Shown piece after piece: positions 1 to 12,169 of a stretch of DNA of 32,000 nt. This stretch comes from Wallemia ichthyophaga EXF-994 (Eukaryota; Fungi; Basidiomycota). The notes beneath the pieces are model-generated. The model was not told where the DNA came from. It did not search any database and saw nothing but the letters and a program-made list of their open reading frames with translations. Made by a program: the position numbers and the translations under genes. The DNA lies in assembly GCF_000400465.1 (NCBI RefSeq), contig NW_008806278.1, positions 472,592 through 504,591 of the forward strand. The letters run 5' to 3'. The first letter of the stretch is position 1. Every line of letters begins with the position of its first letter.

Positions 1-123
1 CGTTGATGGAGAGTAGTGAGAAGAATTGGCGCCAATTTATAGTCTCAGCGTGGATCATATGAATCATATGCTGTCTGCCACTCCACCGTGTAGTCACGAT
101 AACCTGATCGTCTCAGGTCCCGG

Positions 124-342
124 TTGGTATCTAAACATATCCGGTACGAGAGAGGGCATGAATATTTTCAACTAGACAACTTTAACAAAGAGAATCAAAG
201 ATCATCCCGTTCTCTTTGTTACGGTGCGGTATGGCGGGACTATGACATCTTGCAAGTGATCAGCCGGGGTCAGATGATCGACGTGCCCGATCGTTGGAGT
301 AGCAAACAGCCCAAGAATAAGAGCTCAACGAAAGTGCAATAA
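124..342 (+). pseudogene. Short ORF or relic of an unknown dispersed repeat or gene family; may extend beyond the left window edge
   Basis: 72-codon ORF without an ATG start (TTG) and with stops upstream in all + frames. Bases 159-236 align ungapped at 63/78 identity to 12293-12370 inside the inverted repeat. Confidence 0.3.
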
Positions 343-577
343 TGCCACCTTACAAATCACCAAGTGGACGCCTTTCGCAAGTGTTATTGTAAATCTTCTA
401 ATCACCTATGTGTCTCATAATGACGTCACACTGCGCCCACGCGGCTGTGTCGTTGGAACTTATCATACGCCTGATTACCAATAATAAGCACGTCACTGCA
501 CACAAAAAAACAGATACTCATCGAATCGTATGCATTTTCTAATGTTTTACTCTAAGTCGTTAGGAAAGAAATCAGAT

Positions 578-1519
578 CTAGAAGATTGGTACACCCCAGT
601 CTGGTTGAACACACTTCCAGTGCTTGCCCTTCTCCTCAAATGATTCGAGCGCACGAACATCTTCTGGTGCGATGTCGATCAATTTGATGTTGCTGGCGAT
701 ACGAGCAGGGGTAACAGATTTTGGCAAAACGATAACGTTTCTGCAGACTTGGAAGGATATCAAGAGAGTACCGACGCTTGTGTTGTACTTCTCAGCCATC
801 TTGATAACCTCTGGGTCCTTGAGGATTGGGCTGTCAGTTGAGCCAAGAGGTGAGTAAGCTTGAAGAAGGATACCGTTCTTTTCACAGAATTCCTTCAATT
901 TGAGCTCGTTTGACCATGGGTGCAATTCAAATTGGTTGACGACTGGCTTGATGGTTGCGACGTTGAGGATGCGTTGGGTCTTTTCGATGTTGAAGTTAGA
1001 AATACCGATGCTCTTGACCAATCCCTTCTCAACGAGCTTCTCCATGTCTTTCCATGTGTCTTCAAGCTTGCGATCTGAGATGACGTCTCTTGAGCCATCT
1101 GGCTTGGTTGGGAAACGCTTGTCATTGCCGTTAGGGTTCATAGCGACTGGCCAGTGGATCAAGAATAAGTCAAGGTAGTCAGTACCCAATTCACTGAGGG
1201 TCTCTCTGCAACCCTCCTCGACCTTGGTGTGGTAGGTACACCACAACTTGGAAGTCAAGAAGATTTCAGATCTTGGGACACCGGAGTCCTTTACACCTTT
1301 ACCGACTTCGTGTTCGTTACCGTAGCAGAAGGCACCTGAGACTCGTTAGCTGTAAGAGAATTGCGAAGGCACTGACCCACCATCGATGTGACGGTAACCA
1401 GCTTCTTTGATTGCGTAGGAGACGGCGTGTTCAACTTCTCCTGGAGCTGATTGCCAAGTACCGAGACCGACAGCTGGGATCTTTTGTTGGTTGTTGAGAG
1501 TGAATGAAGTTGCTGGCAT
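578..1519 (-). CDS. NADPH-dependent aldo-keto reductase (AKR1/GCY1-YPR1-like)
   Basis: [30 protein letters not shown]|AFCYGNE (45-nt intron 1336-1380), [37 protein letters not shown] and [10 protein letters not shown] are all AKR family motifs. The catalytic D/Y/K/H residues are present. Confidence 0.95.
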
Positions 1520-2016
1520 ATTTGAGTTGTAAGTTGTAAGTAAACAAGGTTGTGTGCCCAAGATGCGTCTTATAAGCGATTTCTCGTCGAGCCCACGTCA
1601 TAGCCCGGCTGCTCTCCGAGGAGAAACGGATCGATTGGGACGGACGTAAAAAGTATATAAACTTTTGAATAGCACTTTCGGAATCAGAAAAGATTGCTTG
1701 TATAAGCCATAATGTTCTCTTTTCCTTCTCTAGCATTACCAGTGTGGTCACGTGAATGACGCTAGGTACGCTGCCGGGTGAACAACGGAGCGAGGATTGA
1801 AGTTTCTAGAAGAGTTGAAGCAGGGTAAAGCGATGTGAAGTGTATTGCGCCGTCACACTCCGTCCTCGCTTTTAAATTCAAATCGCTCTCCGCACTTGAA
1901 CCCCACAGCCGCCTCCGGCAAAAGTGGAAATTGAGAATGCGACGGAAGTGGACTAAGACGGCTATTTAAACTCAGCTTTATTTGAATAAGTCAATCATCA
2001 ACTCTGAATAGCAAGT

Positions 2017-3007
2017 ATGGTAAACCCAGGACCAGCCCCAGAAAGTTAGTGTTGCGAAAAGATCTTCACAGCCTCTAACAGATCACACAGTCCAAAAGTA
2101 CCTTAAGCGCTCTGGTGCAGACTTAGAGTCCACCTCAGACGCCGTCGACGCCGTCAATGAAATCAAAGGCAAGGTTGCTACCGGTGAAGAAATTGCCTTC
2201 GACGCTGTCACAAACTTCGACAATGAGAAGGATAAGACTCAATTCAGAAAGTACGAGGAGGCTTGCGATAGAGTCAAGAACTTCTACCGCGAACAGCACG
2301 AGAAGCAGACTGTCGAGTACAATGTCAAAGCCCGTCTCAACTTTAAGCAGCAGACCAGAGCTAAAATGGGCATTTGGGAAGCAATAGAGATGCTTAACAC
2401 ACTCGTAGATGAATCAGACCCTGACACTTCAGTCTCACAAATCGATCACCTTCTCCAATCCGCTGAGGCGATTAGAAGAGATGGTAAGCCTGAATGGATG
2501 CAAATCGCTGGATTGGTACACGATCTCGGTAAATTGCTGTACTTTTTCGGTGCTGATGGTCAATGGGACGTCGTTGGTGATACATTCGTCGTCGGTTGTG
2601 GATTCCCGCAAGGAATTGTCTACCCAGACACCTTCAAGAACAACCCAGACAGCCACAACCCAGAGTACAACACTGAGCACGGTATTTACACCCCTCACTG
2701 CGGTCTTGAAAACCTCATGATTTCATGGGGCCACGACGAATACCTCTACTTAATTTTCAAGCAACAATCCAAGCTCCCACAGAGCGCACTTAACATGATC
2801 AGATACCACTCCTTCTACCCATGGCACAGAGAAGGCGAATACCGTCAATTTATGGTCGAAGAAGACTACCAAGCACTCAAGGATGTACTGGCTTTCAACC
2901 CATACGATCTATACTCCAAGTCAGACGATCTTCCAAAGGTCGAAGAGTTGAAGCCTTACTACATGGGTCTCATCAACAAGTACTTCCCAGAGGAGATCGA
3001 ATGGTAG
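2017..3007 (+). CDS. MIOX: myo-inositol oxygenase
   Basis: ATG at 2017; intron from 2045 to 2090 (or 2081, also in frame). Motifs include FYREQHEKQT, LNTLVDESDPDT, HLLQSAEAIR, GLVHDLGK, QWDVVGDTF, SWGHDEY, IRYHSFYPWH and FNPYDLYSKSD, the HD-fold di-iron signature. Confidence 0.95.
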
Positions 3008-3234
3008 ACTGGATCAAGTGTAGTGTAACAATATCATTTTCAACGAGACTTTTTCCTAATCATATGTATTTCACGATTTATACACCAATTTGCATTTATA
3101 TTCAAAGTCTTGACTTTTTGGCCGATTCAAATAATTAATTGGATAGGTGTACGTATAATTCAATAAATTAATGAAATAATTGCTATATTACTGTAACTTT
3201 TTAGGCTATATAGAGTCAGTATGTTGTTAGAATC

Positions 3235-4182
3235 TTAGCTGTCACCCACCTTGGCTTCATTCATGATGTTCTTCTTCAAATCAACACCAATGTCGTCAGA
3301 AGGTGTAATAGGATGTGCTTCTTCAGGTCCTCTTGAATAAGCAACAGCCATGGTATCACCATCATCCGAAAAAGCCACAGCCTGTACTGAGTTTTTGAAC
3401 TTGCCATAACTTTTGATACGTTTTTTGGCATTCGCGTCCCAAAGGTTGACAAATCCGTCGCTCCCACCAGTAGCAAAGGTGCCATAGATGGGATGAAAGG
3501 CAAGTGCGTTGATTGGGTATATGATATCGGAGCCATCTGCGGACTGACGATGTGATTTAAAGGCATACTTGTTTGATTGCGCTTGAGGTGATGGATCAAA
3601 ATAGTCGACAGCAACTCTGCCCTCTATTGAGCTAGTGACAAAGCCAATGTCATCTGCCATACACGCCACTCTTCGCGTCATGAATTTTAGACTGGATTCG
3701 CGTAATTGTACCGGTTTGTCGAGCTTGCGAAGGTCGTGGATGGCTATATGTCTGTCTGCCATAGCTGAAACAACTAAATTATCAGAACTGTCTATATCGT
3801 ATATTTTGTGTGATAACTTGATGGAATTGGCAGGTGAATCTGACCTGCTGTCGATCAACGCGAGTTGTGAGTCTAAGGAGGACGCTAGGAGGATATTATG
3901 GGCTTTGTTAAACGATGTTGAGGATACCGCGTTCGATGCTGACCATTTCAATTTATGTTTTTGCGTATCTAAATTGTACTGATAGAGGTGACCGTCCAAG
4001 CAGCCAAAACAGAAATTAGAGGAATCAACAAAGGTAGTACTGAGGATTGGATTACTGTAATTAAAATTTATTAGGACCTTGTCATCTCTGAGCAGGTTGA
4101 AAGAGTTGTCCCACGAAGTCACCAACAAATCATTCGAATTTGGTTTAAATTTTATGTCCGAAATCAAGTCAATATTGATCAT
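3235..4182 (-). CDS. BUB3: Spindle checkpoint WD40 protein Bub3
   Basis: Intronless 315-aa WD40 ORF with [57 protein letters not shown] and TFATGGSDG. Confidence 0.9.
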   Translation of the reverse strand: MINIDLISDIKFKPNSNDLLVTSWDNSFNLLRDDKVLINFNYSNPILSTTFVDSSNFCFGCLDGHLYQYNLDTQKHKLKWSASNAVSSTSFNKAHNILLASSLDSQLALIDSRSDSPANSIKLSHKIYDIDSSDNLVVSAMADRHIAIHDLRKLDKPVQLRESSLKFMTRRVACMADDIGFVTSSIEGRVAVDYFDPSPQAQSNKYAFKSHRQSADGSDIIYPINALAFHPIYGTFATGGSDGFVNLWDANAKKRIKSYGKFKNSVQAVAFSDDGDTMAVAYSRGPEEAHPITPSDDIGVDLKKNIMNEAKVGDS

Positions 4183-5032
4183 AGCGTGTTTTATTTCTTT
4201 TTTTATTTTTGGCGGTCTCGTTGATTATATTGGTCTCGGAAGTGATGACAGATTGTTGGTGGATTTTGATAGCCCCAACAAGCTTAATTTATTGTTCACA
4301 ATTTTATACGAGAAGAGCGGCTATAGAGTGGACGTCGAGAATGAGCTCAGCGTTAAGCTCAATCCACTGCTCAAACAGCTCGATCAGATACACTCGTTCA
4401 GAACAGAATCACAGCATGTGTATTACTCCCCAATAGACATTGAGAATCCAGTAAACAGCCTCAACGCTTACAATCTCAATTCAAACGACGCGGACTTTCA
4501 CTTCATTTTCTACATCCCAACGCAATCCAACAAGCTCACAAACCATTCGCTCACAATACCAGATTTTGGCAGTCTCACAGTGCTACCACCTACTCTCACA
4601 GCCCTCCCATTACACTTTGTGAGGTTTCAGCTCATGCAACTTCTCGGATTCCAAGTCTGTGATAGATCTCCAACTCAGTCTGACATCGATCACCTCCTTC
4701 TCACCAAAATAGACAGCCTCAACGAAGACAGCGAGTTTACCATCAATCTACTCTCCGACATCCCTCCGAAATCTATCTTCCATCTCAATCAGTCTCGCAA
4801 TACCTCACTTAGTCTACCCACAAGACACCTCCACTCGTTTAAAGCAAATGGACACGCGACAAAAGAGTTCCACAACCCATCAAAACTCCCGCAGCTCTAC
4901 TTCCCCGACGAACACAAGTACGCCATTTACTTACCTCTCTTTGGACCAATCACGATACCCATCCTGTTATCAATCGTCAAGCAAATCAAGCATTTCAGAA
5001 ACAAAACAGCTAAAGATCATGTCAAACTGTAA
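4154..5032 (+). CDS. GPI transamidase subunit PIG-S/Gpi17-like, short form; start codon uncertain
   Basis: [19 protein letters not shown] and the C-terminal [26 protein letters not shown] match the PIG-S signature, followed by a TM helix and basic tail. A hydrophobic segment follows Met4154. Confidence 0.75.
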   Translation: MSEIKSILIIACFISFFIFGGLVDYIGLGSDDRLLVDFDSPNKLNLLFTILYEKSGYRVDVENELSVKLNPLLKQLDQIHSFRTESQHVYYSPIDIENPVNSLNAYNLNSNDADFHFIFYIPTQSNKLTNHSLTIPDFGSLTVLPPTLTALPLHFVRFQLMQLLGFQVCDRSPTQSDIDHLLLTKIDSLNEDSEFTINLLSDIPPKSIFHLNQSRNTSLSLPTRHLHSFKANGHATKEFHNPSKLPQLYFPDEHKYAIYLPLFGPITIPILLSIVKQIKHFRNKTAKDHVKL

Positions 5033-5085
5033 TCAATGACATTACTTATACGCATTACTAATATACACATGTATCTCTATTTCTA

Positions 5086-8000
5086 TTATATTTGTCTTTT
5101 TTTATAATATATCACTGGATCTATCAAACTGTCGTCGTCTGGGTTTTCATTCCTCTTGGGCTGCCATATAAACTGCTTGATTGTTCCAAGTGTCAGTGTA
5201 ACGTCTAATGGGACGTTATTGCATATCAGTTCCAATTCTCCTTCGACTGCTACATCTTTCGCAACGGACTTATCTTGTGGGAGTTTCTCTTTGACATAGT
5301 TCATTAATTTCCTCGTTCTCAAGAATCTGCTTGCATTCAGTCTGTTTCCGCTGTGACATATTAGTAGCTGCAACTTAGATACCAATACGAAACCAACCTC
5401 TCTGGTAAATCGCCTAACTCAGTCTCCCCTGGATGTCTCTCGAGCCAGAATGTAGCCTTGGGCGTACGCGGGTCTTTGTAAACATTGTTGCACAGTACCA
5501 TCTCCAGAACCCACTCAGGCAGTGTCTTTTCGAGGTGCTTTACATCATTACTATCTCCAGTAGTGCCAACTAACCCTCTGTATACACTCACAAACGCCTC
5601 AGTATCGTGACTTTCTTCGCTGACGACAATTGGTATATTATCGTGGAGTGTGATATCAGGTACGTCGCTCTTAGACGCAGGATTGAATCTTCCTTTTATA
5701 CTCTGCATAATAGTCACTTGACTTTGCGGTTGAGTGGTTTGTGGTGTGGGTGCTATCACTGGACTACTCTCCTCTTTCTTTACATTTGCAGCTTCCTTCT
5801 TCTCTTTCGAACGAGCATTCGATATCAGCATCCTGCCCATTAGACCACCTAGTCTACTACTTGACGGAGATGCCGAAAGCGTAGGTGAGCCGCCCTGCGA
5901 GCTGCTTTCTTGTGGTTTGAGACTACTCGAGCTACTAGAAGTCGAGACTTTCAATTTGCTGGGTGAATTACTGTGTGATACGGGCTGAGACTGCGATTGT
6001 GGTGCTCCCGGGTTGTTATCGTCCTCAGCATTAGAAAAGCTTTCGTTATCAGATACAGATGCAGATGCAAATGCAGGGGCAGGTGTTGGTGCTCCGGAAT
6101 GTCCAGGCGTCGGCATCAGTCCCAAAGTCGGCCTATTAAAGGTAACATCCCGAAACGCAGTACTTTCCCCATTTGGGTGTTGCTGCATAGTAGTATCAAG
6201 ACTAAAGTAGTCACTCTTCGTCTGACTTGTTGGAGTACGATCGCTTAGCGACGTACTAGGTGGTGGTTCGGCCAAAGCAGGTGGTGGTAGTGCAGGCGTC
6301 GCAGGTGGAGTTGCCAGCTGCCTCGATATACCAATCTGGGGTGTCTCGAGACCAGGTGTACCAAGCGTCGGCGTTCCGTATCCACCGCTAGCATTCTGGT
6401 TAACATAAGGCTTGTCTGAAGAAGCAACTTCAGTTCCTGAAGACTCTTCACCGATGTGCCTCTTCTCATACTCTATGAAATGGCGTAAAAGATTGGTGAG
6501 TACTAAATTTGCTAGATTTACTTGGGTTCTTGTCAGATTGAAAGCTGCAGTAGCGGCTACTGCACCCACCTCGTTTATCTTTGTTTTCGTCGTTTATTTT
6601 AACACCCTCAATACCAAGCTCATCGAGATATGCTTCACCGTCGAAACACCTGCTCTCGTCGAGATGGATTGTAAGTGAACCAGTCTGACAGTCAATGCTG
6701 TTCCAGGCGTTGGTTACAGCTTGGCCTTCGATCTTCTCTCTGACTTTCTCCAAAATGTCTTGACTAGTTAGCGTGCTACTACCATCGGTGGCCTCATCGA
6801 GAATAGAATCAATAACTTCATCGGTGTACTGACCAACGCATACACACCTAACTATATCCCATAGAGATACATGTCGGTGAGTGTTAATAGTGAGAACATG
6901 TCTGCGGTTGTTCAGCATTAGCGCTCTGATGATACCATGTCGACCTTTGATTATTGCCAGTGGTTCTACGTTAAGAGATGACCTAGATATTCTTGAACTG
7001 ATCGATGATGACGAGCTCTGCTTCAATGATGAGCTTTCTGGACGGCTAGTAGGTGGTGGTTGGATTGATAATTTCGGTGTGGCATCCTCATCTTGCTGCT
7101 GTTGATCAACATCACTCCAGATGCTCACATTGCTACTGCCTGCGCTAGCACTAAAAACAAAGTTGTTATCGCTCGCTATAAGCTTCGTAACACCATGTCT
7201 GGCCGTTGCGACCTCCTTGACGTCCTCGCCCACCATTTTAGTAATTCTACCACTTCTATCTCCGGAATAGAAAGTTTTGAGGTAAGGATCTTGCGAAAAT
7301 AGACTCCATACGCTGTCTCTGTGGTGACCAAATGTATTGATGCATGCCATTTGTCTAAGATCCCACAATTTGATATTAGAGTCTGAGCTTGCGGAAAGAG
7401 CTTTCGTAGAGTCTTCTGATAGAAGCAGCGAGCGCACATTGTCACTGTGTCCAGCCAAACTGTTAATCGGCTTAGAGGACCGTGGATCCCAGACATTGAC
7501 GACTCGTGAAGGTGTGCCTGTGAGCAGCAGTCCAGCTGAATGATTAGTAGCAATCGAATAGATTGACTGCTCAGTTGGTATAGAGATTACAGCATCGTTG
7601 CGATCCTCATTTAAATCCCATAATTTGGCACATCTATCTAATCCACCTGAGGCAATCCAAGAGCGATCGCGGCTATGTGAAGTGAGCGGAATAGTGATTG
7701 TAATACGTATTACTCACGCGTATGAAAGAACTCTAACGTAGTCGCCGTGGGTGCCAACCACAGCCGGCATGTGATTATCTTCCGCATGAGGTCTCCATGC
7801 CTTAACCGTCCTATCACTCGACGCGGAAACCAGAACCTGATTCTGCTTGGCGAGTATAATATCGTTGCAATGGTCTGTGTGCGTCTGTACACATTGTCTG
7901 AAAATTGGCTGATCTATCGGCTGAGCGTCGAGTTGATAGCTTTCCTCAAAGTGCTTAACAGGCTCATCATTTGTGCCGTACTTTACGCTCCTCTTTCTCG

Positions 8001-8322
8001 TCTGGAGTCCCAATTGCCAACTTGCGACAAGTCCGTCTTTGCCTGACGTATACAAGATACCCTCAGGGCTTGATTTTCCAGAAAGCTGAGTGGCCGTATC
8101 CAGTGCAAGCGTTGTGACGCCCAGTGAGTGCTTTGGGTGGTCCTCCTTGTCGAGCGCTGTGGTAGAAGACTCTATTCCATTATCAAGCGTATCGAGGTGG
8201 GTATATAGCGGGAACGTTCTGTTGATTCTTGCGTTGGCTTCAGGTACACCCAATAGGTATTTGCTGCTGTTTTCTTTCAGAACATACGTCAGTCGCTTCT
8301 GATTGCTGCTTGAACTCGGCAT
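5086..8322 (-). CDS. WDR48: WDR48/UAF1 (Bun107/Duf1-like) deubiquitinase cofactor: WD40 plus C-terminal DUF3337-type domain
   Basis: HSLGVTTLALD, THTDHCNDI, SASSDRTVKAW, THGDYVRVL, WIASGGLD, GHSDNVRS, SASSDSNIKLWDL and C-terminal RLNASRFLRTRKL...LTLGTIKQFIW. Introns 7673-7717, 6521-6569 and 5351-5397 restore the frame. Confidence 0.9.
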
Positions 8323-8420
8323 TCGCGGTGTGCCTTGACTGTATGAGAGGAGAGTGGAGAAGTTCGAAAAAATAAATAATTCTATCAATGGGCTATATAC
8401 ATCTCAGAATTCAAATCTTA

Positions 8421-11400
8421 TTATTTAGAACCGCCTTTTGATGTCCTCTTCTTGCTCTTCTTGTTAGTCTTCTCCGCTGCGTCATCACCCTTCCTCTTTT
8501 TCACGCTGACGTTGGTCTTGCCTTTGTTTACTTGCTCTTCTGCTTCTCTCCAGTCTTCTTCGTCCTGTGTCAGTGCGAACTTGTCCACATCAAGACTATC
8601 TATCGCATCTTTCTTTGCCGACTTGAAAGCCTCTTTGCCTGCTTCGTCGAGTTCCTCTTCAATGCCCTGGCTCATCTTGCTCCAGTCGCCCGTACCACCG
8701 TCTGCCTTCTTGGCGATCTGGGTTTGGGCTGTTGGGATTGTCTCTCCGATAGATTGCTTTTCAACATCTTGAAGACGTTTAGTAAGTCTTCTAATACTCT
8801 TCATGAAGAGAGCAAGCGCTTGTGATACTGGTACGTCTAACTCTGCCTAATGTTGGATATGTCAGCAAGCATTTCCTTTGAGATACCAACTCACCTCAAC
8901 GTCCTCAATCTGCTTTCTTTGTAAGCCGAGCGACAAGAGAATAGACGATTGTACAGCGCTCAGTTTTTCATCTCCGAATCTCTTCGTAAAGTAGAATTGA
9001 GTAATTTGTGGAAGCAAGTCAACAATGACGTGATAGTCCAGCATACTTGAGGCATAGCTTTCCAGTCTCTTCATATCGAATGGGGTCATAAAGTAGTGCA
9101 ACTCATTAGATGTGAGCGGCTCTCCGCCTTCGTCATCATTTGTACCAATCGATGTTGCCTCAAGGACAGTGAGAGCTGTGAGTGAGGGGAACTCTCTGAA
9201 CTTGTAGCTCAACAAGTTCAGAAATCTTCTTCTAAAGTCTTGTGCGAATGCTGACAACCAGCCACTTGTCTCGTCTGCATTACTGTTCAATCCTCTAATC
9301 ATTAGGCAGGAATGTTCACCAGTAAGCTCGTTCGCAGTTTGACGTATGTACAATGGAACATATCCTCTCTTCTTCCAGAATCTGAGGAGGTTTTCTGTCA
9401 TACCGTAAGACACACCCAGATAATCAAGCTTCTCAGGCTTTCTTTCACTGAGACGTTGAAGCAGTGGTGGCATAGAGGCAGCATCGCGAACCTTGATGTT
9501 GTCAGACATCAAGTCACCGCTATCTTCAGATCTGTCAAAGGTTTCTTCCATGTTGTCGTCACCTCCACCTTGGTAGATTTCACCTGAGAAGAAGGCATTG
9601 AGCTGCTCAAGAGCTCTGCTACCGTAGCCCATGTTGGCATAGTCTGGGTGACTGGCAACTCTGACGATACGAACACCAGACAATTGAGCAAAGTTCTCAT
9701 CTTGGAATTGCTGCGATATCAACCAAGGAATAAGATCTCCACCAGCTCTTTGACCTCTGCTGAGAGCATTCAAGATGCTTTCTTTGCTAATTTGACCTTC
9801 AAATGCCACTTGAAGAACAACTAGTGGTTCTGGAAGACTAGTTTCATCTCCTCTCAGTGGTGGTAGCAGCACAAAGAGAGCATGACCGGGAGCATCTGAC
9901 ATGAGCTGAAGATCGTTTGGAGAGTTCTTGTAGTGTGATGCAACATATAATCCCATCATACGCTGTAAGAATGCTTCAGAAGCTGGGTGGTAGCTGAAAA
10001 GAGTATCTCTATTGACGTAAAATAATTGACAGCTGTTTGGATGAGGTGTGCCTTTCAAGGCTGCTTTGCTAGTGACTGTAGCATCTAAGCAAAGTAATCC
10101 ATTGAGCCATTTTTCGATGTCATCTCCCGGTGAGTATCTGATTGGCTCCTCCAGTTTCAATTCTCTCAAAGTGCGTGCCTTTCCAGCAGTCGTAGCACCT
10201 TCTGGCTGGCCTTTCTTTTTGGTTGGACCGTCATTGGTTTCCTTGGAAATTGTTGGTCTAGTTTGCTCTCTCAACTGTTGGATGAGCTTAAGGGAAAGGG
10301 ATCTACCTGTACCTTCATAACCATTGATGGTGGACGACATGAATACGAGGTATGGACCTATGAGATTTCTGACCAATGGTAGTGGTATAGCAGCCGCTTC
10401 ATCAATAACCACTAGTTCAGCTTGACCGAGGACATGGGCGTCTTGTGGCTGAATGTATTGGATAGTTTGACGGTGATGCTTGAAGATGTTGACTCTAACA
10501 ATGGCCTTTTGGAAGTCTGGGTTGGCTGATTGTACGATATCGTAGTCTAAATGCTCCTCATATCCGAGACCGTCCAAACCCTTGAACAAGAATTCGAAAA
10601 GAGTACGTAAATTTTCAGGCGTAGGTGATGTGACGAATATGTTTGAGTAGCCGTGGGCCAAGGATGCTGCCATGGCTAAACCGAGTGCAGCAGATTTACC
10701 ACGACCACGAGCTGCAGTGAGGGTGACAGTTGAAGAGAGCGTCTTCTCAGCTATAGCTTCGACAAAAGTAAGCAATGATTTTGCCTAGGGAGTGTGAAGG
10801 TGGTTAGAGGGTGGTTAGAGGTTAATTGAAAGCCTACCTGATCGACTGTTTTAGTAGACTTGACTAATGATCCGACGATGTCAGTACCCTTCAGTTCCTC
10901 CTTAATAACATCAAGCTCGGCATTCTTTTTGGGTGGTTCTTGTACGGCTTTGATGTCTTTACCGCGAGATATTGGAAGTACGTTCAACTCATCATCCAAA
11001 ACGAGACAACTTGGATTTGCGCCGAGTGAGAGAATGAATCGTTCGTTGAAGCGACTAATTGGATTTTGCTGTGATTCAGTTCTGTACCTTTGGTGGACGT
11101 CCATCGACATGCTGTAGAGCTGCTTGAGAGAAGACATAGATTTGAGGAGGAGTACAACGGTACCACCGCCCTCAACGGTTTCAATAGTTCTTGCTAATAA
11201 GTTTGGAGTGATGCTCTCGAAATCCTGAAGAACGAGCATCCCAAAAGTCTGACCGAGGACCTTTGGAGTGTCCTTGTAGTAAGTGTAGCGTATATCTGTT
11301 ACAGACACAAACAACTCGAATGGATTCGCTTCATTTGGCTCTCTGATGCCTCTCTTGACATCCCTCTTGATCTTCTGCTCTCTCTTCTTCCTGTGGGAAG

Positions 11401-11648
11401 TGAACCCAAGATCATTCTTGTAGCACCATAGAACATTTGGCCTAGCGCTTGATCTGGCTTGTGAGAGGAAATAGTGCAAATTTACGATCTACGAGTACTC
11501 ATTGGCATCGTCTTCGCATCTAAGCAATATAACTCACTTGGTCTCTGCCACGATCACCAACCAATACGAAAAATGATCTATGGTTCCCTTTTACGCCATT
11601 CTCTATTAAACTTCTTACTCTTGAGTCCAGCTGCTTGACATTGGACAT
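8421..11648 (-). CDS. NAT10: RNA cytidine acetyltransferase (ac4C; helicase-ATPase plus GNAT)
   Basis: LDSRVRSLIENGV..HRSFFVLVGD, LWCYK, LQDFESITPNLLARTIETVEGGG, TAARGRGKSAALG, DEAAAIPLP, STINGYEGTGRSL and SHYKNSPNDLQ. Introns 11489-11537, 10785-10837 and 8847-8894. Confidence 0.97.
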
Positions 11649-12061
11649 GTTGGTGGTTGTGGTGATAGTTATTATAAGTTTCGCTATCGCCTCAATCTCA
11701 TTCAAATCTTTGAATTATCTTCCCAAGCACTCGTGAGGTTCTCCTGCCCCCCTTATGGACTTCTGTCTCAATCCGCGAATCCCCCACGGTTGTGTTTCGA
11801 TGGCTCGAGAGCTAGAAAGAACTTTAGATGTCTCTCTAGGATATTATTGAGTCCTAAAAGCCTCCGTCATTGCGGCGTAAAAGACGAGTGTAAGGTGAGA
11901 GAGCTGAAATGTAGTATTGAGACTTGAAAACCATCAAGCAGCTTAAGATTTACCGAAATCTATGCTGAAAGCTATATTATTGATGAATTTTAATTAGCTT
12001 GCAACAATACCAATTATATGTATTTAGTTCAAGACATGATACTAACTCATGTTAGTACAAT

Positions 12062-12169
12062 GGTGAGGTCGGATAGTGGTTATTCCGTTGATTTCAAGCA
12101 AAGAGCTTTCCAATTAGATTGGGACTGTCAATGCTTTATGCATCCTGGGTTCGAATCCCAGTCTCACCA
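12062..12169 (+). tRNA. tRNA-Leu(CAA), atypical, with 27-nt intron (12099-12125)
   Basis: Acceptor GGTGAGG/TCTCACC with discriminator A; D-arm GGAT-AGTGGTTA-TTCC and G26; anticodon stem TTGAT/GTCAA with loop TT-CAA-G[intron]T; variable arm TGC-TTTAT-GCA; T-arm CTGGG-TTCGAAT-CCCAG; oligo-T runs downstream. Confidence 0.75.

Noticed and set aside
24-428. 14-bp palindrome AATTGGCGCCAATT (24-37) and CRE-like TGACGTCA (421-428)
   Set aside because: Single short motifs with no assignable target gene inside the window.
10799-10820. Tandem 11-mer GGTGGTTAGAG x2, telomere-like
   Set aside because: Only two units, inside NAT10 intron 2, where they simply duplicate the CTAAC branch motif.
12062-12169. 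Selenocysteine tRNA (UCA anticodon register)
   Set aside because: It has a normal 7/5 acceptor/T-stem, a 4-bp D-stem, a short variable arm, A73 and an intron. tRNA-Sec needs a 9/4 fold, a longer D-stem and G73.
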